64,000 bases of DNA from Spirochaetia bacterium. GTDB taxonomy: Bacteria; Spirochaetota; Spirochaetia; CAKZLE01. Positions 48,051 to 58,045 of the stretch are shown piece after piece (position 1 is the stretch's first letter; each line of letters opens with the position of its first letter). The stretch covers positions 352,001 to 416,000 of the forward strand of contig OY782041.1 in the NCBI GenBank assembly GCA_963677595.1, given 5' to 3'. The notes beneath the pieces were generated by a model. The model saw only the letters and a program-made list of their open reading frames with translations, had not been told where the DNA came from and did no database searches. The position numbers and the translations under genes were made by a program.

Positions 48051-49865
48051 TCAGTAACCCATCTCCCACCAGGTGATCCTCACCTGGTCCGCACTGAGCA
48101 GGTCCTGATCCCCGTCCCCGTCAAAATCGACCGCGTCGGTATGCCGGCCGTAGTAGAAGTCTGTCGCTATCTCCCTATAGGCATAACCGCCGGTGCCGTC
48201 ATTCTCAAGCCAGAGCAGTGTTGCTGAATCATTCGTGACGAATGGCCCTGATACATCGAGATCACCGTCCCCGTCGAGGTCTGACAGTTCCACGGAATGG
48301 TAATTCGAGGTAGTCGATCCTGCATCATAGATCGTGGCGGCAGTGAAGGTACCTGTCCCGGAATTCTCATAGAGGGTGATGTACTGACGCCCGCTGCTGA
48401 TGATGTCCACATCCCCATCACCGTCCACGTCACCGGTATCGAGGGCCTTGCCGCCATCCGAGTCCCCATCGAACTGGTGCGAGGAGAAGTTCTCGGAACC
48501 GTCATTCTCATACCACAGCAACTGACTGTTCCCTGCGATGATGATGTCGGTCTCACCATCCCCATCCAGGTCATCTGCGTTGATGATCCAGTACCCGTAG
48601 AAGGTGTCCGGGAGCGTTCCTTGAGTAAACCCCTCACCGATATTCCTGAACCAGCATACCGAATCATCCCCGGCTGCAAGGAGATCAAGCTGGCCGTCAC
48701 CGTCGATATCGACAGGCTCCAGTGAGCAGGGATCCGCGAAACCGGAGGCTACCACATGTTCGGTGAACGACCCGGTCCCGTCATTCTCGAACCAGCTGAT
48801 CACATCATCATAGTAGGCGACTGCAGCGACATCCTGGTCCCCGTCACCGTCGAAGTCAAGGACTCTCAGTAGCCAGGCCCCGGTGAGATCCTCCTTGATC
48901 GTGTACTCAGGATAGGTGGAGGTGCCGTCATTCCTGAACCATACGAGGTCTGCCCGAGAGTTTGAGGGATACTCGCCGTCAAAGGCCGTCCCCGCGAAGT
49001 CTATATCACCGTCGCCGTCAAAGTCGGCTCCTGCGACTTCGGTGCCCAGATAGAACCAGTCAATAAGGACGTGCTTCCTGGTCCCGGCGGCTGTACTGCC
49101 GGTAGCAGACAAAGAGTATTCGGAATTCCCTGGGAACCCATAGGCATACATCCTGAGATCGTAAGAGGTCGACGGGGACAGCTCCTCGATCTCCGTCGAG
49201 GTCTGCCCATCAGCAACGTACTGCCGGTTCTCCGCCGGGTACTCCGCATCACCTGCTTCCTTATACTCGATGCAGAACCCCGTCTCATTGGGGGAGTCAT
49301 CGTTCCATTGGAGGCTCACGCTGTTCCCGGAAGCAGGTTCCACCGATAGGCCTGAGGGAGGTGCTATGGAGCCATTAAGGGAATCGCCGGGACCGGCAAT
49401 GATGAAATCATCGGGAAAGGAGAACTCGATCACCATGTCACCGTCTATCTCGATGTTCTCTGCGATGGTTATGTAGTCGACACCGGGGGCGACCGGCTGT
49501 CCTCCAGCCTCATCAACCATATCGATATAGCCGCCGAGGGCATGCAGTTCCCCGCCTGCGAACTCCATGGGGGACTCATCCTCCGAGTAGGTATCGTACA
49601 GCGTGACCTCTACTGTGGCTGATGCTATCGTCACCGTGGCCTGATACCCGAAGGGATCGGTGAAACTCGAGCCGTCTGACTCCACCGGGCTTTCCAGGCA
49701 GATGAACTCCTTACCGATGAACTCTGTCAGGTTCGTGATCCTGACGGTTACCGTCCCGCTCGCAGGGTTGGTCCCGGGGACAGGGCAGCTTGCTACAAAC
49801 AGGGAAAGGATCCCTGCTGCCAGAAACCATACAATCACCCGGTATCGGAAGCCTCTTTTGTTCAT
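48051..49865 (-). CDS. Lipoprotein with an FN3 domain and seven FG-GAP/VCBS repeats
   Basis: Lipobox LFVASC after ATG 49865, FN3 (LQWNDDSPNETGF...LSPSTSY), and seven DxDGDGxxD motifs. Confidence 0.85.
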   Translation of the reverse strand: MNKRGFRYRVIVWFLAAGILSLFVASCPVPGTNPASGTVTVRITNLTEFIGKEFICLESPVESDGSSFTDPFGYQATVTIASATVEVTLYDTYSEDESPMEFAGGELHALGGYIDMVDEAGGQPVAPGVDYITIAENIEIDGDMVIEFSFPDDFIIAGPGDSLNGSIAPPSGLSVEPASGNSVSLQWNDDSPNETGFCIEYKEAGDAEYPAENRQYVADGQTSTEIEELSPSTSYDLRMYAYGFPGNSEYSLSATGSTAAGTRKHVLIDWFYLGTEVAGADFDGDGDIDFAGTAFDGEYPSNSRADLVWFRNDGTSTYPEYTIKEDLTGAWLLRVLDFDGDGDQDVAAVAYYDDVISWFENDGTGSFTEHVVASGFADPCSLEPVDIDGDGQLDLLAAGDDSVCWFRNIGEGFTQGTLPDTFYGYWIINADDLDGDGETDIIIAGNSQLLWYENDGSENFSSHQFDGDSDGGKALDTGDVDGDGDVDIISSGRQYITLYENSGTGTFTAATIYDAGSTTSNYHSVELSDLDGDGDLDVSGPFVTNDSATLLWLENDGTGGYAYREIATDFYYGRHTDAVDFDGDGDQDLLSADQVRITWWEMGY

Positions 49866-50235
49866 CTGTTCTCTCTCCCTCCAAAGGCAGATTTGAAGGA
49901 GAGACCGTTGGGGTACCGGGAAGAGAAGTTCTGCTGCAAAGCGACTGCCCTCTAGGTAAACGATACTGCTTCTGCACCTGGAATGCAATGGAACTGAGAG
50001 AAACTTCCTGGCCAAAGGAACTGTACAGACTTATGCATATCCTCCCCACCGTGCATAGCCTATTACCTCCCCATGCAGGTACGAGATCAAGAAGACCAGG
50101 CCGATGAGCATGGACATGGACCCGCTAAAGGATTGCGTGCTGAAACTACCCTCAACTGGTAATATACAGGAGTAAGACACCATGCTATGCTTTGGAAAGC
50201 AGTTGGTAACTGCTTGATTTCTTTGAACAAGGTTT

Positions 50236-50270
50236 TGAGTATCCCCCGGTCGATACCGCGGGGATACTCA
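50236..50270. repeat. GC-rich hairpin resembling a REP or IS200/IS605 end
   Basis: TGAGTATCCCC-CGGTCGATACCGC-GGGGATACTCA has an 11-bp outer stem plus an inner CGGT/ACCG stem. Confidence 0.4.
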
Positions 50271-50339
50271 CCTCCACAAGACTCATGGGCAGCTCGGATC
50301 TTATGGTGAAAACCTTGAATACCTTGTATACTCATATGT

Positions 50340-50687
50340 ATGGATAGTGAAGTTGAGAGCGGTTTAGCGAACCTTCCTGAGGTGATCGAGAGGATCAAGG
50401 ATTCCCTGGTTCAAGTGTATCACCCTGAAGCTATCTACCTCTTTGGATCGTATGCCTGGGGAACTCCTGACAAACACAGCGATATTGATGTTGCCGTGAT
50501 CCTTGACTCATCGGATCTGACGTTACCAGAGAGGATACGGCAGTCTTCGGATATCCTATGGGGTATCGGAATCCCTGTTGACATCCTGGTGTATACCCGT
50601 GAGGAGATTGAGAATCGGGCTGCTTTTCGTTCTACACTGCAATATAAGATACTTCATGAGGGAATGAAGATCTATGAAGCCGTATGA
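50340..50687 (+). CDS. Minimal nucleotidyltransferase (MNT antitoxin-like)
   Basis: YLFGSYAWG.P...SDIDVAV, VDILVYT and ILHEGMKIYE. Confidence 0.88.
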   Translation: MDSEVESGLANLPEVIERIKDSLVQVYHPEAIYLFGSYAWGTPDKHSDIDVAVILDSSDLTLPERIRQSSDILWGIGIPVDILVYTREEIENRAAFRSTLQYKILHEGMKIYEAV

Positions 50688-50719
50688 AACATGGCTATGC
50701 AAGGCACCCATCCCATGGG

Positions 50720-51730
50720 TTACCCAGAGACCAGCACGGGACGGATGACCTCCCTGTGGGGAGCAGTTGCCCCTGACGGGGAGCCCAGCCGCTCTATGAG
50801 CATCTTCGCCGCACGCTCGTAAATCCTCCGCTGCTGGATGTCCACACTCGGGAGACGGTACGGGATGATGTCCCTGACAGGGTTCGCATCATAGCCGACG
50901 AGGGGTACGCCCCTGAAGGTGACCCGGTTGAGTACCCTCAGCATGAGGACATCATTGAGGGAGGCAATCCCGTCAGCCTCCTTCCCCGAAAGCTCAGCCA
51001 TCGGTATCATCTCTTCCAGTCTCCGGTACCTGCTTTCCATCTCGAGGACGACCGGTTCACAGTCTGAAAGCTCCCTCCACCTACTCAAGAACCCCTGGAG
51101 CCGGTCGGCATGGGGGATGACGTCCTGGAGGTGGCTGGTCAGGTAGAGCGGTCTCTTCACTCCCCGGTCATAGAGCTCCTGGGCCTGCAGCATCCCGCCG
51201 TACCGGTTATCAGTAGAGCAGCTGTAGAGATGCTCATAGGCATTGGTATGGTGGGCAGCCACATAGGGAACCCTCACCTTCTCTATCATCGATACCTCAT
51301 GCTCGTCATCCACATCGAAGAAGAGGAATGCATCTGAGGACTCCTGCAGCGCAAGCAGCTCCTCCTCGTCGGAGACGGTGGCGAGGTTGAGCGTGTACAT
51401 CGTGTGGTCGATCGTCTGTTTCACCCCCTTGATCACGTCGCCGTAGAACCAGTTGAATACCGGGAGGTCGTTCCAGTAGTAGGGTCTCGCCCCCTTGTCG
51501 AACTCGACCAGGGTAATGATGCCCGTCCCCTGCCTTCTCAGCGCACTCGCTGACTTGTTGGGGGTATACCCGAGCCTCCTCGCTGCTGAGGTGACCGCAG
51601 CACGCTTTTCCGGGCTGACCGAATCGGGGCTGTTATAGACCCGGGAGACGGTTGCTGAGCTCACCCCGGCCTCCGAGGCTACCATATTACGGGTGACTGA
51701 GGTTCGATTCTTCTTGACAAACTGCTTCAT
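50720..51730 (-). CDS. LacI-family transcriptional regulator (galactose genes)
   Basis: VASEAGVSSATVSRV, LGYTPNKSA and VGYD. It is divergent from galT. Confidence 0.92.
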   Translation of the reverse strand: MKQFVKKNRTSVTRNMVASEAGVSSATVSRVYNSPDSVSPEKRAAVTSAARRLGYTPNKSASALRRQGTGIITLVEFDKGARPYYWNDLPVFNWFYGDVIKGVKQTIDHTMYTLNLATVSDEEELLALQESSDAFLFFDVDDEHEVSMIEKVRVPYVAAHHTNAYEHLYSCSTDNRYGGMLQAQELYDRGVKRPLYLTSHLQDVIPHADRLQGFLSRWRELSDCEPVVLEMESRYRRLEEMIPMAELSGKEADGIASLNDVLMLRVLNRVTFRGVPLVGYDANPVRDIIPYRLPSVDIQQRRIYERAAKMLIERLGSPSGATAPHREVIRPVLVSG

Positions 51731-51753
51731 ACCGGGTATTGTACACGTGTACA
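51714..51753 (+). promoter_or_regulatory. galT promoter and LacI-type operator
   Basis: TTGACA (51714-51719)-17-TATTGT, with the perfect CG-centred palindrome TGTACACGTGTACA at 51740-51753. Confidence 0.8.
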
Positions 51754-51789
51754 TTAGTTTAATCAAGCAGGATCGAAAGGAGTTTTTTT

Positions 51790-52836
51790 ATGGATCTGCA
51801 GGAACACCCTCACCGAAGGTATAACCCGCTCTTAGGAGAGTGGATAAAAGTCTCCCCCCACCGGACGAAGCGTCCCTGGCAGGGACAGGTCGAGAAACCG
51901 CAGGTCGACCTGCTGCCTGCATATGATGAGAAATGCTATCTCTGCCCCGGCAACGAACGGGCAGGCGGTCACACGAACCCCGAGTACACGGGGACCTTCT
52001 CCTTCACCAACGACTTCGCGGCCCTGATCCCCGATGTGCCGGAAGGAGCTATCAGCACTGGGCCGAACGGCATGCTGAAGGCTGAGACGGAGCGGGGCAT
52101 CTGCCATGTCATCTGCTTCTCCCCAAGACATGACCTGACCCTCTCGAGGATGGAGACCGAAGATATCCGGAAGGTGGTAGACCTCTGGGCAGACGAGTAC
52201 CGGGAGCTCGGGGAAAAGGACTTCATCAACCATGTCCAGATCTTCGAGAACCGCGGGGCGGTCATGGGTTGTTCCAACCCCCACCCCCACGGGCAGGTCT
52301 GGGCTGAGGAGAACATCCCGGACATACCGGCGAAGGAGATCGAGAACCAGACAACCTATTATGAGGAGCATGGCTCCTCCCTCCTGTGCGACTACCTTGC
52401 CTATGAACTCGAGCAGCAGGAGCGCATCGTCCTCGAACAGGAGCACTTCGTCGTGCTCGTCCCCTACTGGGCGGTCTGGCCCTACGAGGTCATGGTACTG
52501 CCGAGACGGCCGGTTAGCAACCTCCTGGAACTCACGGATGAAGAACGGGCGGACCTGGCAGTGACGATCAAGCGTCTCGGCATCAGGCTCGACAACCTCT
52601 TCCAGACCAGCTTCCCCTACTCCATGGGGATCCACCAGGCCCCGACTGACGGAAAGGACTACCCGATGGTGCAGCTGCACCTCCACTACGCCCCCCCGCT
52701 TCTGCGTTCAGCGACCGTGAAGAAGTTCATGGTAGGCTATGAACTGATGGCTATGCCCCAGCGGGACATCACCGCCGAGTCGAGCGCTGCCAGGCTGCGT
52801 GAACTGCCTGAGACCCATTACCGGGAGACCCTCTGA
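51790..52836 (+). CDS. galT: Galactose-1-phosphate uridylyltransferase
   Basis: [34 protein letters not shown] and KKFMVGYE. Confidence 0.97.
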   Translation: MDLQEHPHRRYNPLLGEWIKVSPHRTKRPWQGQVEKPQVDLLPAYDEKCYLCPGNERAGGHTNPEYTGTFSFTNDFAALIPDVPEGAISTGPNGMLKAETERGICHVICFSPRHDLTLSRMETEDIRKVVDLWADEYRELGEKDFINHVQIFENRGAVMGCSNPHPHGQVWAEENIPDIPAKEIENQTTYYEEHGSSLLCDYLAYELEQQERIVLEQEHFVVLVPYWAVWPYEVMVLPRRPVSNLLELTDEERADLAVTIKRLGIRLDNLFQTSFPYSMGIHQAPTDGKDYPMVQLHLHYAPPLLRSATVKKFMVGYELMAMPQRDITAESSAARLRELPETHYRETL

Positions 52837-52837
52837 C

Positions 52838-54127
52838 ATGAACGATATGAACACTGAGAACCTGCTGAAAGGCATCTCATCCGGACTGCTCAACCCGACC
52901 TATCCCTCGCTCTACGGAAGCCTCTATGACGAGCATGATATGGACGCACGGTTTGCGTCCCTGGTGGGGCGCCACCAGGCTCTCTTCGGGGAGCAGGAGA
53001 TACTTCGTCTCTACAGCACCCCGGGGAGGACCGAGCTCGGGGGTAACCACACTGACCACAACCACGGCCATGTCCTCGCGGCAAGCATCAACCTCGACAC
53101 TATCGCAGCGGTCTCTCCTACTGACGACATGGTCGCCGTCCTTGACTCCGAGGGGTTCGACCCGGTCTCGATCGACCTGAAAGACCTCTCCATCCACCCC
53201 GAGGAGGAGGGCACGACCCATGCCCTGCTGCGGGGGATCGCCTCACGCTTCGCGGCAAAGGGTTGCAGCCTTCGGGGATTCCGTGCTGCGACCTCTACCC
53301 GGGTACTCAAGGGGTCAGGCTTGAGTTCCTCAGCTGCTGTTGAGGTACTGATCGGCACCATCTTCAACGACCTCTACGCCGAGAACAGCTGTTCGACCAC
53401 GGAACTTGCCATCTTCGGGAAGTATGCGGAGAACACCTACTTCATGAAGCCCTCAGGCCTCATGGACCAGATCGCCTGTGCGAACGGGGGCATCGTCGGC
53501 ATCGACTTCGCCGACACCGCTGCCCCGGTGATCGACCCGGTCGCCTATGATTTCACCTCCCGGGGCTACACCCTGGCAGTCGTCGATACCGGCGGGAACC
53601 ATGCGAACCTGACCCCGGAGTATGCCGCCATCCCCACCGAGATGCGCGCCGTCGCGAAGGAACTCGGGAAGTCTACCTGCCATGAGATAACATTCGATGA
53701 GCTTCTTGATCATATGGGAACACTTCGCAGCCGGCTCGGCGACAGGGCGGTGATCCGGGCATGTCATTTCCTCAGCGAGGATGAACGGGCTGTGAAGATG
53801 GCAGGACTGCTCCATGCAGATGACATCACAGGGTATATCGCCATGGTGCGGGAGTCCGGGAGGTCCTCAGGCATGTACCTGCAGAACCTCTACCCCACCT
53901 CACTGCCCCAGGAACAGGGGGTGACCCTTGCCCTCGCCCTGACGGACGGGTTCCTCTCCGGGGAGGGTGCCTGCAGGGTTCACGGGGGAGGCTTCGCCGG
54001 TACCATACAAGCATATATCCCGAACGAACGGTTCAAAGAGTATACGATCCGGATGGAATCGGTCTTCGGGGACGGGAGCGTGACCCCGCTGGCTGTCAGG
54101 AACGTGCCGACGGGGAGGATCAGCTAG
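52838..54127 (+). CDS. galK: Galactokinase (GHMP family)
   Basis: PGRTELGGNHTDH, GSGLSSSAA, KPSGLMDQ and RVHGGGFAG. Confidence 0.92.
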   Translation: MNDMNTENLLKGISSGLLNPTYPSLYGSLYDEHDMDARFASLVGRHQALFGEQEILRLYSTPGRTELGGNHTDHNHGHVLAASINLDTIAAVSPTDDMVAVLDSEGFDPVSIDLKDLSIHPEEEGTTHALLRGIASRFAAKGCSLRGFRAATSTRVLKGSGLSSSAAVEVLIGTIFNDLYAENSCSTTELAIFGKYAENTYFMKPSGLMDQIACANGGIVGIDFADTAAPVIDPVAYDFTSRGYTLAVVDTGGNHANLTPEYAAIPTEMRAVAKELGKSTCHEITFDELLDHMGTLRSRLGDRAVIRACHFLSEDERAVKMAGLLHADDITGYIAMVRESGRSSGMYLQNLYPTSLPQEQGVTLALALTDGFLSGEGACRVHGGGFAGTIQAYIPNERFKEYTIRMESVFGDGSVTPLAVRNVPTGRIS

Positions 54128-55392
54128 CCGAAGAGGTTTTTGACCTCAGCATCGATCTCAGTGAAGACGCTCTCCTTGTCGAAGAGCATGGAGAGTGCTT
54201 CAGGGATCGGCAGTTCCTCGCCGATCACCGGCTCCACGATCGTCTCGAACTTCGCTGGATGGGCGGTGGAGACGACGATGGTGTCAGGATCCTCCACATA
54301 CCGGTTCCGCACGTACTCGCCTGCTGCGGTATGGGGACATACCGCATAGCCGTACTGCTTCCAGACATTCGCGATCGATTCCTTGATCTGTTCATCGGAG
54401 ACGCTGAAGGCACTGACATGTTTCCTGATCTCCTCGATGGAGTCATACATATAGCGCATACGTTCCATATTGCTCGGGTCTCCCACGTCCATGGCATTCG
54501 CCAGGGTGGCGATGCTCTGCCGTGCCTCATAGGTACCTGATGAGAGGTAGTCGGGGATGGTCGTGTTGGCATTGGTCGCCAGGACGATGTCCTTGATCGG
54601 AGCTCCCATCTCCTTGGCGAAGTAGGCCCCAACAGAGTTCCCGACATTGCCGCTCGGGATGATGAAGACAGGCTCCCGTCCCGTCTTCGCCCTGTACTGC
54701 ACCGATGCATAGACGTAGTAGACCGACTGGGGGAGCAGTCGCCCGAGGTTGATGCTGTTCGCCGAGGTGAGCCCGTACTTCCCTTTGAGCTCACTGTCCA
54801 TGAAGGCCTTCTTTACCATGGCCTGGCAGTCATCGAAGGCGCCCCTCACCGCATAGGATTCCACATTGTCACCCCAGCAGGTGAGCTGCTTCTCCTGCCG
54901 GGCAGATACCCTCCCCTTGGGGAAGAGTACCTTCACCCCGATATGGTTCTTCCGATGGAAGGCGGCGGCCACTGCCCCGCCGGTGTCGCCGGAGGTCGCC
55001 ACCAGGATGGTAAGGGGCTGCTTCTTCACCGCATAGGAGTGTTCCATGAAGCTTGCGAGGAACCGTGCCCCGAAGTCCTTGAATGCGGCAGTCGGCCCGT
55101 GATAGAGCTCAAGAACGGCTTCTGTGCCATTGAGGAAATGGAGGGGTACCGGAAAATCGAAGGCATCCTCGCAGATCTCCTTGAGGGAACCCTCGAGCGG
55201 GTCCGCGATGAAGAAGGGGGTGAGGACCTCATAGGCCATCTGCTGGTAGCTCATCTCAGGGTCGAGGAGCTCCTTCGGGAGCTTTGGCAGCTCCGTCGGC
55301 ATATAGAGCCCCCCGTCCGGTGCCAGTCCCTGCAGGATGGCATCGAAGGCGCTGACTTCCGGTGATTTTCCTCTTGTACTCACAAATCTCAT
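54124..55392 (-). CDS. thrC: Threonine synthase
   Basis: GLAPDGGLY, ELYHGPTAAFKDFG (PLP Lys), ATSGDTG, SANSIN and TAHPAKF. Confidence 0.96.
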   Translation of the reverse strand: MRFVSTRGKSPEVSAFDAILQGLAPDGGLYMPTELPKLPKELLDPEMSYQQMAYEVLTPFFIADPLEGSLKEICEDAFDFPVPLHFLNGTEAVLELYHGPTAAFKDFGARFLASFMEHSYAVKKQPLTILVATSGDTGGAVAAAFHRKNHIGVKVLFPKGRVSARQEKQLTCWGDNVESYAVRGAFDDCQAMVKKAFMDSELKGKYGLTSANSINLGRLLPQSVYYVYASVQYRAKTGREPVFIIPSGNVGNSVGAYFAKEMGAPIKDIVLATNANTTIPDYLSSGTYEARQSIATLANAMDVGDPSNMERMRYMYDSIEEIRKHVSAFSVSDEQIKESIANVWKQYGYAVCPHTAAGEYVRNRYVEDPDTIVVSTAHPAKFETIVEPVIGEELPIPEALSMLFDKESVFTEIDAEVKNLFG

Positions 55393-55424
55393 TGACTGCT
55401 CCTCTTCTCTTCCTTGTAGTCTCT

Positions 55425-57911
55425 CTAGAAACGTGCCCCGAGGTATGCCCCGAGCCGCAGCAGGTCGGCGAACACGCCTCCTGCCGTCACTTCCGGTCCC
55501 GCACCAGGTCCCTGGATGACCAGCGGCTGCTGGTGGTACCGGTCGGTGGTGAATGCCACGATATTATCTGTGCCCGAGATCCTCGCGAAGGGATGATCCT
55601 TGGGGTAGCCCTTGAGTTCGACCCTGCAGGTGCCCTGAGACGGTTCTATGATCCCGACATACTTCAGGAGCTTTCCCTCTGAAGCGGCTTCCTGCTGCAT
55701 CGACAGCAGCTCATCATCGATCATGGGGAGCTGCTCAAGGAACTCCGCGATGGAGACATCGTTCAGCTGCTCTGGTACGAGGTTCCGTACCGGGACCTCC
55801 TCGATCTCAGGCCGCATGCCGATCTCGCGAGAGAGGATGACGGCCTTCCGTACGATATCCATGCCGGTGAGGTCATCCCTGGGGTCGGGTTCCGTATAGC
55901 CAAGCTCCTTCGCCTCCCGGACCAGCTGGCTGAACGGCACCGTGCCGTCAAAGCGCCAGAAGAGGTACGCGAGGGTTCCTGAGAAGACTCCTTCTATCCT
56001 CCGGATGGTATCACCTGTCTGGATCAGGTCCTTCAGGGTCCCGATGATCGGTAGGCCTGCCCCCACGGTGGTCTCATAGAGGAAGTGCTTGCCATGCCTG
56101 CGGCCGACTGTCATCAGCTCCTCGTACTGGGGATAGGGGAAGGTCCCGGCCTTCTTGTTCGGCGTGATCAGGTGGATACCCCGTTCGATCCAGCCCTTGT
56201 ACTGGGCCGGCACGACACTCGAGGTCGAGCAGTCGATCAGGACTGAATGGGGGAAGTAATCTGCCGCTACGTGGTCTGCGAACCGCTCGAGGTCCGCGGG
56301 CTCCCCGGCACTGTCGAGGGTCTCCTCCCAGGATGAGAGGTCGATCCCCTGCTCGGAGAGGAGCATCTTCCGAGAGTTCGCGATCCCGCGTACCCGCAGG
56401 TCGACGTTGAACTCCGACTTGAGCCGCTCGGACTCCGCTGCTATCTGCTTCAGGAGGGTGGACCCTATGAGGCCCGGGCCGATGAGCCCGATGCTCAGGG
56501 TCTGCCTTGAGAGGAAGAAGCCTGCATGGAGGGCCCTCAGTGCCTTGGTCGCGTCAGAGCTCCTGATCACCGCACTGATGTTCCGTTCACTCGACCCCTG
56601 GGCTATGGCCCGTACATTGACATGGGCCTTCCCGAGGGCACCGAAGAACTTAGCCGCGATACCCGGGACACCGGGCATCTGCTCACCGACGGCGGCAAGG
56701 ATGGCACAGTCAGACTCCACCTCGATGGAGTTGATCCGGTAGCTGTCAAGTTCCTCCGCGAAGACACGCCTCGCGGTAGCCGAGGCGAGTTCCGCATCCT
56801 CCGAAGGCACGGCGAAGCAGATGGAGTGCTCGCTCGATGCCTGGGAGATCAGGATCACGGAGATCCGGCTCTCCCTCATGGCGGTGAAGAGCCGGGAGGA
56901 GACACCGGGCACCCCGATCATCCCCGCCCCCTCGATATTGATCAGGGCTGTCCCGTGGATCGCGGAGAACCCCTTCACCTGCTGGTTGTCTGCTTCAGCC
57001 CGCTGCGGGAGCACCAGGGTCCCCGGGTGGGTGATATCACGGAAGCACCTGAGCCGGATGGGGATCTGCTTCGCGATCGCGGGGACGAACGCATGCGGGT
57101 GGAGGACCTTCGCACCGAAGAAGGAGAGCTCGGTAGCTTCGGCATAGGTGATCTCCCCGATGACGACTGCCCCGGGTACCTCCGCCTTGTCTGCCGTGGT
57201 GAGGAACTCATCCTCGTTCCAGAAGGTGATCTCCTTCGCCTCGAGCAGGTACCCGCAGGCTGATGCGATAAGCTCGCTGTCGGTGTTCCCGTTGTCGAGG
57301 AGCTTAGCCGACCGGTCGGAGACCCAGCCGCCAGAGATGCAGATCGTATCACACTCCCCGTGTTCGGCGATCTGTTCCTGCAGCCGCTCGAGCGATGCCT
57401 GGTAATCGAAGCGGATGCCGCTCTCATCGATGGTTCCTGAGAAGATCCGGGCTGAGTCTGCGACCACCACCGAGTGGCCTGCCTGCTCGAACCTGCGCTT
57501 GAGGCTGCTCAGGACCCAGGAGAGCTCGATGGCGTCCACATACTTCCTGGAAGCCATGGATGCATCCCGGATGAGCCAGACCGCCTTGAGGATGTCCTCG
57601 ATCTGGTCGAACCCCTCTTTCAGCTCCTGGTGGAGCTCTACCTGCTCACTAGCCCCGGCAAGCCCCTCAATCGTGTCGGACCAGGCTTCGAACCGGTTCT
57701 CGAGCTTCGCCCAGATGGAATCATCATGGGCGATCGCATCATCGATCAGTGAGGTCAGGGAACCGGTCTCCTGGCCCAGGGGTGAGACGACGAATACCGT
57801 CGCCCCCCCGGTGTTCTCCCGGATCCTCACTACCTGGTCACTTCCGTGATCCGTGACGCACATCGCCCCCGATATCGCATGGATGCTCCAATCGTTCCTG
57901 TCGTTCTTCAT
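55425..57911 (-). CDS. thrA: ThrA-type aspartokinase-ACT-ACT-homoserine dehydrogenase with a degenerate kinase domain
   Basis: The HSDH domain is intact (GPGLIG, TPNKK, YETTVGAGLP, SGTL, YTEPDPRDDL, GPGAG) and there are two ACT domains. The AK motifs are eroded. An alternative start lies at 57926. Confidence 0.9.
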   Translation of the reverse strand: MKNDRNDWSIHAISGAMCVTDHGSDQVVRIRENTGGATVFVVSPLGQETGSLTSLIDDAIAHDDSIWAKLENRFEAWSDTIEGLAGASEQVELHQELKEGFDQIEDILKAVWLIRDASMASRKYVDAIELSWVLSSLKRRFEQAGHSVVVADSARIFSGTIDESGIRFDYQASLERLQEQIAEHGECDTICISGGWVSDRSAKLLDNGNTDSELIASACGYLLEAKEITFWNEDEFLTTADKAEVPGAVVIGEITYAEATELSFFGAKVLHPHAFVPAIAKQIPIRLRCFRDITHPGTLVLPQRAEADNQQVKGFSAIHGTALINIEGAGMIGVPGVSSRLFTAMRESRISVILISQASSEHSICFAVPSEDAELASATARRVFAEELDSYRINSIEVESDCAILAAVGEQMPGVPGIAAKFFGALGKAHVNVRAIAQGSSERNISAVIRSSDATKALRALHAGFFLSRQTLSIGLIGPGLIGSTLLKQIAAESERLKSEFNVDLRVRGIANSRKMLLSEQGIDLSSWEETLDSAGEPADLERFADHVAADYFPHSVLIDCSTSSVVPAQYKGWIERGIHLITPNKKAGTFPYPQYEELMTVGRRHGKHFLYETTVGAGLPIIGTLKDLIQTGDTIRRIEGVFSGTLAYLFWRFDGTVPFSQLVREAKELGYTEPDPRDDLTGMDIVRKAVILSREIGMRPEIEEVPVRNLVPEQLNDVSIAEFLEQLPMIDDELLSMQQEAASEGKLLKYVGIIEPSQGTCRVELKGYPKDHPFARISGTDNIVAFTTDRYHQQPLVIQGPGAGPEVTAGGVFADLLRLGAYLGARF

Positions 57912-57977
57912 ACAAGCTGCCCTCATCGACCCAAGGCTGGTACCAGCAGATGGCCACTGGTATCAGCTTCAGGGTAT

Positions 57978-58009
57978 AAAAAAAGGACCCTACAGTAAGG
58001 ATCCTCTTT
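57978..58009 (-). terminator. Rho-independent terminator of rpmB
   Basis: The minus strand reads AGGATCCTTAC-T-GTAGGGTCC followed by T7. Confidence 0.75.
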
Positions 58010-58045
58010 CTGGTTCACACCACAAGACTAATCACGAATATGTGA

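Noticed and set aside
48100-49030. Recurring nucleotide motifs (ccgtcaccgtcg, cgtcattctc) resembling a repeat array
   Set aside because: They are explained by the FG-GAP/VCBS protein repeats. They are degenerate and coding, not CRISPR.
24153-50030. Shared 10-mer CTGTACAGAC upstream of two lipoprotein genes (24153 and 50021)
   Set aside because: The match is short, distances to the start differ (119 vs 156 bp), and the flanks do not match. It is compatible with chance.
50087-50398. 103-aa minus-strand ORF upstream of the MNT gene
   Set aside because: It overlaps the MNT start, spans a DNA hairpin and has no recognisable motif, so it is probably spurious.
46695-50687. AAA-DUF4143 plus MNT as a novel defence system
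   Set aside because: The genes are separated by an unrelated lipoprotein and lie on opposite strands. Both families are commonly scattered singly in such genomes.
57927-58045. Possible thr attenuator or T-box upstream of thrA
   Set aside because: There is no Thr/Ile-rich leader peptide or T-box motif. The hairpin with its U-tract is adequately explained as the rpmB terminator.
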